Of a stretch of DNA of 32,136 nucleotides, positions 1 to 9,936 are shown one piece after another; positions within the stretch are counted from its first letter, which is position 1; every line of letters begins with the position of its first letter. This DNA is from an uncultured Synergistales bacterium (GTDB lineage Bacteria; Synergistota; Synergistia; Synergistales; Aminobacteriaceae). A program made the translations under genes and the position numbers. Below the pieces are notes generated by a model. That model had not been told where the DNA came from, did not search any database, and saw only the letters and a program-made list of their open reading frames with translations. The DNA lies in assembly GCA_937897575.1 (NCBI GenBank), contig CALCQG010000005.1:80526-112661 (forward strand). Reading direction: 5' to 3'.

Positions 1-471
1 CCCACGGAGATGATCCGGCGGACCCAGCCCATGGGCGACCGGGTCGTGTGGGTCCCCATCAACGGCATGGGGCGGAACGCCCTGGACTTCCACATCGCCT
101 ACTATCTGGCGATGTACAACGACGACCCGACCATCAGCCACTACATCGTCTCCATGGACGCCGGGTACGACCCCCTCATCCGCCACGCCGCCCAGTTCGG
201 CCAGAAGGTGAAGCGCATCATTACCTTCGAGGAGGTCCGGGAGAAGCCGACGCTCAACAGGGACATGCAGCAGAAGTACGCCAAAGTGCTGGAGATCCTG
301 AAGAAACAGAACAAGATGAGGCGCCCGAAGTCCCGCAAGACCCTCGCGTCGAGCATCGACACCCTCTTCCAGGGGCAGATCCCCGTCGAGGAGATCGAAC
401 TCCTCGTGGAGCAGCTCTTCAGGGAGCGCTTCATCGAAGAGAAGAACAAGCGGATCGCCTACCTGGACTAG
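1..471 (+). CDS. PIN-like domain protein, 5'-truncated by the window
   Basis: Frame open from base 1 to TAG 469-471; motifs GRNALDFHIAYYL and IVSMDAGYDPLI match the G(K/R)NALDF...S.D.G(F/Y)DPL pattern of PIN7/NYN-like proteins; C-terminal RPKSRKTL helical domain. Confidence 0.75.
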   Translation, partial: PTEMIRRTQPMGDRVVWVPINGMGRNALDFHIAYYLAMYNDDPTISHYIVSMDAGYDPLIRHAAQFGQKVKRIITFEEVREKPTLNRDMQQKYAKVLEILKKQNKMRRPKSRKTLASSIDTLFQGQIPVEEIELLVEQLFRERFIEEKNKRIAYLD

Positions 472-520
472 GGGTGCAGGCGCGCCCTTTTCACCGGGCA
501 TCCCGAGGGGCTTGCACCAT

Positions 521-550
521 AAAACAGAGGGCGGGGAAGCCCCCGCCCTC
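521..550 (-). terminator. Intrinsic terminator for the minus-strand small-protein pair
   Basis: GAGGGCGGGG-aagc-CCCCGCCCTC perfect 10-bp stem (527-550); AAAA at 521-524 gives the U-tract on the minus strand. Confidence 0.7.
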
Positions 551-585
551 ACCGTTCCGTTCTCGACAGGACGATGTCCTGTCCG

Positions 586-732
586 TCAGATGCCTCTCCC
601 CTGAATGAGCCGCAGCAGCACCATGACGATGGCGATGACCAGCAGGACGTGAATGAACCCGCCCATGGTGTGCGCGGAGACGATCCCCAGAAGCCAGAGC
701 ACCAGCATGACGATGGCAATCGTGTACAGCAT
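586..732 (-). CDS. lmo0937/DUF5670-family small membrane protein (48 aa), not in ORF track
   Basis: Manual translation MLYTIAIVMLVLWLLGIVSAHTMGGFIHVLLVIAIVMVLLRLIQGRGI; AAAGGAG RBS 8 nt upstream; LWLLG...GGFIH.LL signature. Confidence 0.88.
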   Translation of the reverse strand: MLYTIAIVMLVLWLLGIVSAHTMGGFIHVLLVIAIVMVLLRLIQGRGI

Positions 733-765
733 TCTCGACACTCCTTTCGATTCTTCGAACCTCTG

Positions 766-1056
766 TCACCTGAACCGCGAGATCATGGACCGGACGCTCC
801 GTCCGAGGGTGTCCCATACCTCCTCGGCTCCGTCCTTCATGTCCTCCCAGGCGTCTCCGCCCGATCGCCGCAGCTCGTCCAACTTTTCGTCCGCCGCCGC
901 CCATTTCCGCCGCAGTTCGGCGACCTCTTCGCGGTACTTCTCCCCGAGGTCGGCCTTCACCTCGTCCGCCTTTGCGGAGAGGGCGTCGATCTCTCTGTTC
1001 CACTCATCCAGCTTCGTCTTCAGCGCCTCCACATACTGGTCTCTCTTCTCGGACAA
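766..1056 (-). CDS. Small coiled-coil stress-type protein (sll1863-like), 96 aa
   Basis: TTG start at 1056 after GAGGAGGTG RBS; MSEKRDQYVEALKTKLDEWNREIDAL...GGDAWEDMKDGAEEVW pattern. Confidence 0.8.
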   Translation of the reverse strand: MSEKRDQYVEALKTKLDEWNREIDALSAKADEVKADLGEKYREEVAELRRKWAAADEKLDELRRSGGDAWEDMKDGAEEVWDTLGRSVRSMISRFR

Positions 1057-1215
1057 ATCCGACCACCTCCTCGCGAACAGTTCGACGAACGCCGCCCCTC
1101 CATGGGACCGGAGGGCTGAACGATGTCGTGTTTTCAGTATATGGCCCCTGGGAATCGTCGTCAAGGGCGCCTGTCCTGTATAATGGAGCGACGGAAGACA
1201 AGGAGGGATGCACCC

Positions 1216-1584
1216 ATGAAGAAGGTCATTCGCACGGACAAGGCGCCCGATCCCATCGGACCGTACTCCCAGGGGCTCGTCTGCGGCAAGAGGATCTATG
1301 TGTCGGGACAGGGGCCGAGGAAAAAGGGCGGGACGATGCCCGAGGGGATCACGGAGCAGACCCGGCAGACGCTGGAGAACGTCAAGGCGATCCTTGAGGC
1401 CGGCGGGGCCACCATGGACCACGTCGTGAAGTCCACGGTCCACCTGGCCAATCTGGACGACTTCGCCGCCTTCAACGAGGTGTACAAGCAGTATTTCAGG
1501 GAGCCCTTCCCGGTGCGGACCACCGTGGGCAGCAAGCTCCTCGGAATCCTCGTCGAGGTGGACGTCATCGCCGAGCTGGACTAG
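1216..1584 (+). CDS. ridA: RidA/YjgF/UK114 family enamine-imine deaminase
   Basis: AGGAGG RBS; APDPIGPYSQG, YVSGQ, FAAFNEVY..YF..PFPVRT, LVEVDVIA motifs; TATAAT at 1179-1184. Confidence 0.92.
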   Translation: MKKVIRTDKAPDPIGPYSQGLVCGKRIYVSGQGPRKKGGTMPEGITEQTRQTLENVKAILEAGGATMDHVVKSTVHLANLDDFAAFNEVYKQYFREPFPVRTTVGSKLLGILVEVDVIAELD

Positions 1585-1685
1585 AGGGCGGAGCGGCCCG
1601 GCGGGCTCGTCACCCCGCTCCGTCGTCTTATTGCCGTCCCCGTTCGCCGGGGCGAGAGAAGAACGAGAAGAGGAGGTGGCTTCGT

Positions 1686-2162
1686 ATGAGAGACGCAGTG
1701 CAGGCCCTCGCGGGGTCTTTCAAGCGGGGGTCGACGTTGTTGTTCCAGCTTCTCGAGGACTGCCCCGATGAACTCTGGGGAGAGCAGGGCAAGGGGTTCC
1801 CCTACTGGCAGCACCTCTACCACACCTTTCACGCGATGGACTTCTTCGTGCTGCCGAAGGACGCCGATTTCGGGCCTCGCCCCTGCACCGCCGACGAGGC
1901 CATGTTCCGGTCGACGCCGGCCAAACCCCTGAGCAAGGGCGAGCTGCGATCCTTCGGCCAGCGGATGAAAGCCGATGCCGACCGCTGGATCCAATCCGTC
2001 AGCGACGCGGACCTCGCCAAGAAGCACGAGGGGTGCTCGTCGCGTATGGGGTCGGACATGACCAACGCCACAGTCCTGGCCCTGCTCGTAGGGCACAACA
2101 TGTACCACATCGGCTGTGCGGACACCCTCCGCCGGGAGGCGGGCCTCAAGGGCGTGATGTAG
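1686..2162 (+). CDS. DinB/YfiT-like putative metalloprotein
   Basis: GAGGAGGTG RBS; WQHLYH near N-terminus and HNMYHIG near C-terminus give the DinB-type His triad. Confidence 0.75.
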   Translation: MRDAVQALAGSFKRGSTLLFQLLEDCPDELWGEQGKGFPYWQHLYHTFHAMDFFVLPKDADFGPRPCTADEAMFRSTPAKPLSKGELRSFGQRMKADADRWIQSVSDADLAKKHEGCSSRMGSDMTNATVLALLVGHNMYHIGCADTLRREAGLKGVM

Positions 2163-2173
2163 CGAATACGACG

Positions 2174-2199
2174 AACCCGCCCGCGAGGCGGGTTTTTTT
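2174..2199 (+). terminator. Rho-independent terminator
   Basis: AACCCGCC-cgcga-GGCGGGTT followed by a T-run, directly after the DinB stop. Confidence 0.9.
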
Positions 2200-2383
2200 G
2201 TAGCCGGGGAGGGCGCACGTCGTATTTCATTGCCCGACCAGTATGCTTGCAGACCCGGACGGTACTCCGCCGTCACCCCGAGGAGGTCCTGTGCCGAGGG
2301 AGCGTTTTTACTGCACCATCCAGCCTGGGTCCCTCGTTTCGTTCGGGGCGGCGGAACGACGCCGAAGGACGTGAAACGGGATT

Positions 2384-2445
2384 ACTGACCATTATTGACA
2401 AACGTAGAAAGTCGTATATAATGGGCATAGTCAAAATTAGTCAGT
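2384..2445 (+). promoter_or_regulatory. Sigma70/SigA promoter of dnaK with two CtsR-type heptad-repeat boxes
   Basis: TTGACA 2395-2400, 16 nt, TATAAT 2417-2422; AGTCAAA-ATT-AGTCAGT at 2429-2445 (+) and TGTCAAT-AAT-GGTCAGT at 2384-2400 (-) versus CtsR consensus RGTCAAA-NAN-RGTCAAA. Confidence 0.75.
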
Positions 2446-2467
2446 TCATCCTTGGGAGGGATTGCAT

Positions 2468-4369
<1,902 letters not shown>

Positions 4370-4487
4370 GGGCGGTAATGCCGTCCGTGGACGGCCAGCC
4401 TCGCCTGTGCAATTCGAAGCCCTGCGGATGTTTTTCCGCAGGGCTTTCTACGGTATACTGTCCGTGACGACCTGTGGAGGTGACGGG

Positions 4488-5372
4488 ATGACGCTCGACT
4501 TTTCCCCGCTGGCCATCGAACAGCGGGATGACTATACAGCTCTGTACGAGAGGTGCTCCGACAAGACGTCGGACTATACCTTCGTGAACATCTGGGCCTG
4601 GTCCGACGAACGGCAGTACGAGACGGCCTCCGCCCACGGCCTGGTGTGGCCGAGGGTCACGAACCCCGCCCCCGCCCTCTGGGCTCCGGTGGGGGACTGG
4701 CAGGCCGCCGACTGGGAGGCCGTGCTGACGGACCTCTTCCCCGGGGGCGCCGCCTTCGAACGGGTCCCCGAGGGGCTGGCGAACATCTGGTCCGATCGGT
4801 TCGGCGACCGGATGGTCCTTGAGGACGCGCGCTCCGAGTGGGAGTATATCTACTCCGTGGAGGAGCTCGTGACGCTCCGCGGCAACCGGTTCCACAAAAA
4901 GAAGAACCTCTGGTCCCAGTTCCGCAGGTCCTACGACTGGACCTACCGCAATCTGGGGCGCGACGACGTGGACGATATCCTCGAGATGCAGCAGCTCTGG
5001 TGCGAGTGGAAGAACTGCGACGACATCCCCGGCCTCCGGGCCGAGAACCACGCCATCGCCCGGGTGCTGAAGAACTGGGATCACCTGCCGGGGCTGATCT
5101 GCGGCGCCCTGTACGTGAAGGACTACATGGTGGCCTACGCCGTGGGCGAGCCCATGACGGAGGACATGGTGGTGGTCCATTTCGAGAAGGGGCTCGCCGA
5201 ATACAAGGGTGTCTACCAGGCCATCAACCAGGCCTTCCTGGAGAACTCCTGTCCGAACTTCGTCTACGCCAACAGGGAGCAGGACATGGGGCAGGAGGGC
5301 GTCCGCCAGGCCAAGGAGTCCTACAACCCCGTCTCGTTTCTGAAGAAGTACCGGGCCGTCTGGAAGGGCTAG
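4488..5372 (+). CDS. DUF2156 / phosphatidylglycerol-lysyltransferase-like GNAT-fold protein
   Basis: GGAGGTG RBS; SDYTF.N...W, EYIY...L..L.G..FHKKKN, VHFEKG, YQAIN, NREQDMG..G.RQAK.SY.P motifs. Confidence 0.88.
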   Translation: MTLDFSPLAIEQRDDYTALYERCSDKTSDYTFVNIWAWSDERQYETASAHGLVWPRVTNPAPALWAPVGDWQAADWEAVLTDLFPGGAAFERVPEGLANIWSDRFGDRMVLEDARSEWEYIYSVEELVTLRGNRFHKKKNLWSQFRRSYDWTYRNLGRDDVDDILEMQQLWCEWKNCDDIPGLRAENHAIARVLKNWDHLPGLICGALYVKDYMVAYAVGEPMTEDMVVVHFEKGLAEYKGVYQAINQAFLENSCPNFVYANREQDMGQEGVRQAKESYNPVSFLKKYRAVWKG

Positions 5373-5378
5373 TCACCC

Positions 5379-6638
5379 ATGCGATTCTGGGACCGATATC
5401 CGCTCTTCAGCGCCTTCCGGCACCGGAACTTCCGGTTGTTCTACTCGGGGCAGGTCGTCTCGCTGTCGGGCCTGTGGATGCAGCGGGTGGCCATGAACTG
5501 GCTCGTGTACCGCATAACGGGCTCGCCCTTCCTCCTCGGGACCGTGGACTTCGTGACCCAGTTCCCCACGCTCCTCTTCGGCTCCTTCACGGGGGCCTTC
5601 CTGGAGGGGCGAAACCTACGCAAGGTCATCATGATCTGCCAGACCATCAGCATGCTCCACGCCCTGACCCTGGCCACCCTGACCCTCACGGGCACGGTGC
5701 AGTACTGGCATGTCCTCGTCCTGGCGGCCATCATCGGCACGTCGGACTCCTTCGAGGTCCCCGCCCGGCAGGGCTTCACCATCCGCCTCGTGGAGGACGA
5801 GCGGGACCTGAGCAACGGCATCGCCCTCACGTCCACCCTCTTCAACGTCACCCGGCTCATCGGGCCCTCGGTGGCGGGTATGGTCATCGCCGTCGTGGGG
5901 GAGGGGCTCTGCTTCCTCATGAACGGCTTCGCCTACTCGGCCACCCTCACGGCCCTGGCTCTCATGCGCTTCAAAAAGCCGCTGACCACCCAGGGGACAA
6001 AGAAGAACGTGCTCGAGAGCATGAAGGAGGGCGTCTTGTACGCCGCGTCCTTCATCCCCCTGCGGAACTACCTGCTCGCCATGGCCTTCGTGAGCTTCTT
6101 CGCCTTCCCCTATATGGTTCTGCTGCCCGTCTTCGCCAGGGAGGTGCTGGCCGGCGGTCCCCAGACCCTGGGCTTCCTCATGGGGGCCTCGGGCGTCGGC
6201 GCCCTCGCCGGGTCCGTCCGCCTGGCCATGAGACGCTCCCCCGTGGGGCTCGGCAAGGTCATGGCCTCCTCCTGCGCGCTGCTCGGCGTCTCCATGGCGG
6301 CCTTCTCCCTCTCCCGCTCCTTCGCCCTGTCCCTGGTCCTCATCGCCCTGCTCGGCTTCTTCATGATCTGCACCCTCGTGTCAAGCAACACCCTCGTCCA
6401 GACCCTCGTGGACGACGACAAGCGCAACCGGGTCATGAGCCTCTTCATCGTCTCGGCGTCGGGCCTCACGCCCATCGGCAGCCTGACGGCCGGGTGGCTC
6501 GCCACTGTGATCGGCGCTCCCGCCACGCTCTTCGGCGCCGGGACCATCAGCCTGATCATCGGCCTCCTGCTGCTCCGGGCCTGGCCGTCCATGTGGGCCA
6601 TGTCCGAACCCGTCTACCGCCGGAAGAATCTTATCTGA
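5379..6638 (+). CDS. MFS transporter (DUF894/transmembrane secretion effector type)
   Basis: FSAFRHRNFRLF..GQ.VS..G.WMQ N-terminus; about 12 hydrophobic segments; starts 6 nt after the DUF2156 stop. Confidence 0.92.
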   Translation: MRFWDRYPLFSAFRHRNFRLFYSGQVVSLSGLWMQRVAMNWLVYRITGSPFLLGTVDFVTQFPTLLFGSFTGAFLEGRNLRKVIMICQTISMLHALTLATLTLTGTVQYWHVLVLAAIIGTSDSFEVPARQGFTIRLVEDERDLSNGIALTSTLFNVTRLIGPSVAGMVIAVVGEGLCFLMNGFAYSATLTALALMRFKKPLTTQGTKKNVLESMKEGVLYAASFIPLRNYLLAMAFVSFFAFPYMVLLPVFAREVLAGGPQTLGFLMGASGVGALAGSVRLAMRRSPVGLGKVMASSCALLGVSMAAFSLSRSFALSLVLIALLGFFMICTLVSSNTLVQTLVDDDKRNRVMSLFIVSASGLTPIGSLTAGWLATVIGAPATLFGAGTISLIIGLLLLRAWPSMWAMSEPVYRRKNLI

Positions 6639-6715
6639 ACCCTCGATCCTCCTCCTGTGTATAATGAGAGTGCCGGTGCATGCTCCCGGACTAGCACTCT
6701 CTGGAGGTGATCCAT

Positions 6716-8077
6716 ATGGCACAGGAACGGTTCGTGATCGTCGGCGGCGACGCCGCCGGCATGTCCGCCGCGGGGCAGACACGCAATCTGCAGCCCGACG
6801 CGGAGATCGTCGTCTATGAAAAGAGCGGCTACTCCTCTTATTCCGCCTGTGGCATCCCCTACTACGTGGCCGGCATGGTGGACTCGTCGTCCCGTCTTGT
6901 GGTGCGCTCCCCCGAGGAGTTCAAGAAGCGGCAGAACATCGACGTCCGGATTCGCCACGAAGTCCTCTCCATCGACCCCGGGGCGGGCAAGGTCCTCGTG
7001 CGGGATCTCGAGTCGGACAGGGAGTTCTTCGACTTCTTCGGGAAGCTCCTGCTGGCCACGGGGGCGAGCCCCTTCATCCCGCCCATCGAAGGCGCCGATG
7101 CAAAGGGCATCTTCAGCCTCGGGCCCCTCGAGTCGGGCATCGCCGCCCGGGCCTACGTGGACGAATATCATCCAAAGCACGCCGTGGTCATCGGCGGTGG
7201 GTACATCGGCCTCGAGATGGCCGAGGCCTTCGGCTGCGTCCGCGATCTCAAGGTCACCCTCGTGGACCGCTCGCCCCAGATCATGACCACCTTCGACCCC
7301 GACATGGCCGAGCACATCGCCGAGGCCATCCGGGGCATCGGGACGGAGATCCGGCTCGGCGAGGAGCTTCGCGGGTTCGAGAGCAAAAACGGCCGCGTCT
7401 CCGCCGTGATCACCGACAAGGGCACCATCCCGGCGGATGTTGTGGTGATGGGGCTTGGCGTCCGGCCCAACTCGAAGCTGGCCGAGGAGGCCGGCATCGC
7501 CCTGTCCGTGCGGAACGCCGTTGCCGTCGATAAAACAATGCGGACATCCCACCCGGCCGTCTGGGCCGCGGGGGACTGCGCCGCCACCGTGCACCTTATG
7601 ACGGGTCAGCCCTTCTGGGTTGCCCTCGGCACCGTGGCCAACAAGATGGGGCGGGTGGCGGGCATCGTCATGGGGGGAGGAGAGGCATCCTTCCCCGGCG
7701 TCGTGGGGACGGCCATGAGCAAGCACTGCGGCTCCGAGGTGGCCCGGACGGGGTTCTCGGAGAAGGAGGCCAAGGACCTGGGCCTCGCCTACCGGACGGC
7801 GTCGGTGAAGAGCATCACCCGGGCGGGGTACTATCCCGGCGTTGAGCCCATGCACGTGAAGCTCCTGGGCGAGGAGGGGTCCGGCCGCCTCCTCGGCGGG
7901 CAGATCGTCGGCGGGCAGGGCGCCGCCAAGCGGGTGGACATCCTGGCGACGGCCATCCAGGGCAAGATGACCGTGCAGAACCTCGTGGACCTGGACCTCG
8001 GGTACGCCCCGCCCTTCTCCATGGCCTGGGATCCGGTGCAGGTCGCTGGTCGGGAGCTGCTGAAAAAGATCCGTTAA
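6716..8077 (+). CDS. CoA-disulfide reductase / NADH oxidase family flavoprotein
   Basis: GGDAAGMSAA FAD motif, SYSACGIPY redox Cys, GGGYIGLE NAD(P)H motif, LDLGYAPPFS; GGAGGTG RBS; TATAAT 6660-6665. Confidence 0.92.
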   Translation: MAQERFVIVGGDAAGMSAAGQTRNLQPDAEIVVYEKSGYSSYSACGIPYYVAGMVDSSSRLVVRSPEEFKKRQNIDVRIRHEVLSIDPGAGKVLVRDLESDREFFDFFGKLLLATGASPFIPPIEGADAKGIFSLGPLESGIAARAYVDEYHPKHAVVIGGGYIGLEMAEAFGCVRDLKVTLVDRSPQIMTTFDPDMAEHIAEAIRGIGTEIRLGEELRGFESKNGRVSAVITDKGTIPADVVVMGLGVRPNSKLAEEAGIALSVRNAVAVDKTMRTSHPAVWAAGDCAATVHLMTGQPFWVALGTVANKMGRVAGIVMGGGEASFPGVVGTAMSKHCGSEVARTGFSEKEAKDLGLAYRTASVKSITRAGYYPGVEPMHVKLLGEEGSGRLLGGQIVGGQGAAKRVDILATAIQGKMTVQNLVDLDLGYAPPFSMAWDPVQVAGRELLKKIR

Positions 8078-8099
8078 GGATAGGAAAGGAGCGTTGTGC

Positions 8100-9491
8100 A
8101 TGCTTGAGGACAGACTGAATGCCATGAAGGGCGACCTCGTCGAGGCCATCCGGGCGGTCGTCCGGATCCCCAGCGTGGGCGGGGCTGAGGAGGAGGGCGC
8201 GCCCTTCGGCCGGGGGCCGAGGGAGGCCCTGGACTGGACCCTGGAGCACGCGAAAAAGATGGGCTTCCGCACGAAGAACGTGGGGAACGTGGCGGGGTGG
8301 GCCGAACTCGGCTCGGGAGACGAGATGGTGGCCGTACTCGGGCACCTCGACGTGGTCCCCGAGGGCGACGGATGGTCCGCCGGGCCCTGGAGCGGAGAGC
8401 TGAAGGACGGCATGATCTGGGGCCGGGGCGTGTTGGACAACAAAGGCCCCGTCATGGTCGCCCTTTACGCCGCCAAGGCCCTCTTCGACGAGGGGATCGC
8501 GCTCAGGCGCCGGATCCGGGTCATCTTCGGCACCAACGAAGAGCGGGGAAGCAAGTGCATGAAGCACTACGTGGAGTCCGGGGAGGAGCTCCCCTCAGCC
8601 GGGTTCACCCCTGATGCCGACTATCCCATCATCTACGCCGAAAAGGGTATCCTCTCCTATACCCTCTCCCTGCCCTTCGCCTCCAGCGGCAAGATGGCCG
8701 TGACGTCCCTCTCGGGAGGTGTGGCGGCCAACGTGGTCATGGGCGAGGTTCGGGCGGAGATCTCGGACCCGAGGGAGCACTGCCGGAAGAAGATCCTCGG
8801 CCTGGCGGCCAAGTGGAAGGGCCCCGAGGGCTCTGCCCTCTCGGCTGAAGAGGACGGGGAGAAGGTCCGCCTCGTCATGAAGGGGCACCCAGCCCACGGC
8901 AGCAGGCCCGAGGAGGGGCTCAACGCCCTCGCCTGCCTCGCGGACTTCATGGGTGGCCTGAAGCTCAAGGGCGATCAGGGGGACTTCTTCAGGACGTTCT
9001 CGGAACTGGTCGGCTACGAGACGAACGGACAGGCCCTCGGCGTCGCGGTACAGGATGACGTCTCAGGGCCCCTCACTCTCTGCGTCGGCACCGTGACCGC
9101 GAAAAAGGACCGCGTCGCCTTCACGGTGAACATCCGCCACCCCGTCACCATGAACGCCGATCAGCTCGATGAACCTCTCCGCGCCGCCCTGGACAAAAAG
9201 GGCGTGACGGTGGACAGCTTCTCGGCGACGGCTCCTCTCTACATGCCGCCCGAGACGCGACTCATTCAGGTCCTCCAGAAGGTCTACGAGGAGGAGACGG
9301 GGCAGAAGGCCGAGCTGCTCGCCATCGGCGGGGGCACCTACGCCAAGACCATGCCCAACGTCGTGGCCTTCGGCCCTGTGTTTCCAGGCCAGACCTACAA
9401 GATCCACGAAGAGGACGAACGATGGGCCGTGGAGGACATCATGAAAAACCTGTCCATCATGGCCAAGGTGCTGCTGGAGCTTAGTAGATGA
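8100..9491 (+). CDS. pepV: M20 family dipeptidase, PepV/Sapep type
   Basis: GHLDVVP, GRGVLDNKGP, GTNEE, FTPDA.YP...EKG, AHGS.PE.G.NA, GGGTYA, H..DE motifs; AAGGAG RBS. Confidence 0.92.
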   Translation: MLEDRLNAMKGDLVEAIRAVVRIPSVGGAEEEGAPFGRGPREALDWTLEHAKKMGFRTKNVGNVAGWAELGSGDEMVAVLGHLDVVPEGDGWSAGPWSGELKDGMIWGRGVLDNKGPVMVALYAAKALFDEGIALRRRIRVIFGTNEERGSKCMKHYVESGEELPSAGFTPDADYPIIYAEKGILSYTLSLPFASSGKMAVTSLSGGVAANVVMGEVRAEISDPREHCRKKILGLAAKWKGPEGSALSAEEDGEKVRLVMKGHPAHGSRPEEGLNALACLADFMGGLKLKGDQGDFFRTFSELVGYETNGQALGVAVQDDVSGPLTLCVGTVTAKKDRVAFTVNIRHPVTMNADQLDEPLRAALDKKGVTVDSFSATAPLYMPPETRLIQVLQKVYEEETGQKAELLAIGGGTYAKTMPNVVAFGPVFPGQTYKIHEEDERWAVEDIMKNLSIMAKVLLELSR

Positions 9492-9618
9492 CCGACGATT
9501 CCCCGTCAGGGGAGAGTCGTGTCAGCTACTATCCCGAGCGCAGCGAGGGGCAGTAGATGACCAGCCCGAAGGGCGCGCATGTTTCGTGTCAGCGACTCCC
9601 TCACTCTGTTCGGGATAG
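9483..9618 (+). repeat. Nested palindromic / direct-repeat element overlapping the pepV stop
   Basis: AGTAGATGACC at 9483 and 9552; TCGTGTCAGC(T/G)ACT closes both units; 9529-9549 pairs with 9598-9618; 9487-9515 matches 31529-31557 at 26/29. Confidence 0.8.
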
Positions 9619-9936
9619 CGATCGATACGAAACGATAATGCCGTTTCGGTCGCCTGTTAATCTCGAGTGGAACAAGCAGTATAAACGGTCAACGTAAACT
9701 TTCGCAGAAAGTCGAGTTATCTGCTTTACGGTGTTCCAGGAAAATCGATCAACGCACCACTTGTTCTTTGGCAAAGATAAGGCAGTGGTTGTCTGCTGTG
9801 TCAACTATTATTGTGGACATAACGAGAGGAGGAAAGGAACTCACGTGAGATGGTTCTATTTATAGAATGACAAAAAGGATTGTCGTTATATTTCATAGAC
9901 GATAAGGCAGAGATTTAGATTAAGAAGGTGTTTTTT

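Noticed and set aside
6666..6701. GAGAGTGC...GCACTCTC inverted repeat resembling CIRCE half-sites upstream of the CoA-disulfide reductase gene
   Set aside because: Half-sites are in the reverse order to CIRCE and 20 nt apart rather than 9; at most a 5' hairpin or unknown operator
9660..9830. Possible decayed YoeB/Txe toxin fragment (SRKIDQ...HHLFF...VVVCC.NYY across a frameshift)
   Set aside because: Needs frameshifts and the similarity is too weak to support without a translated HMM search
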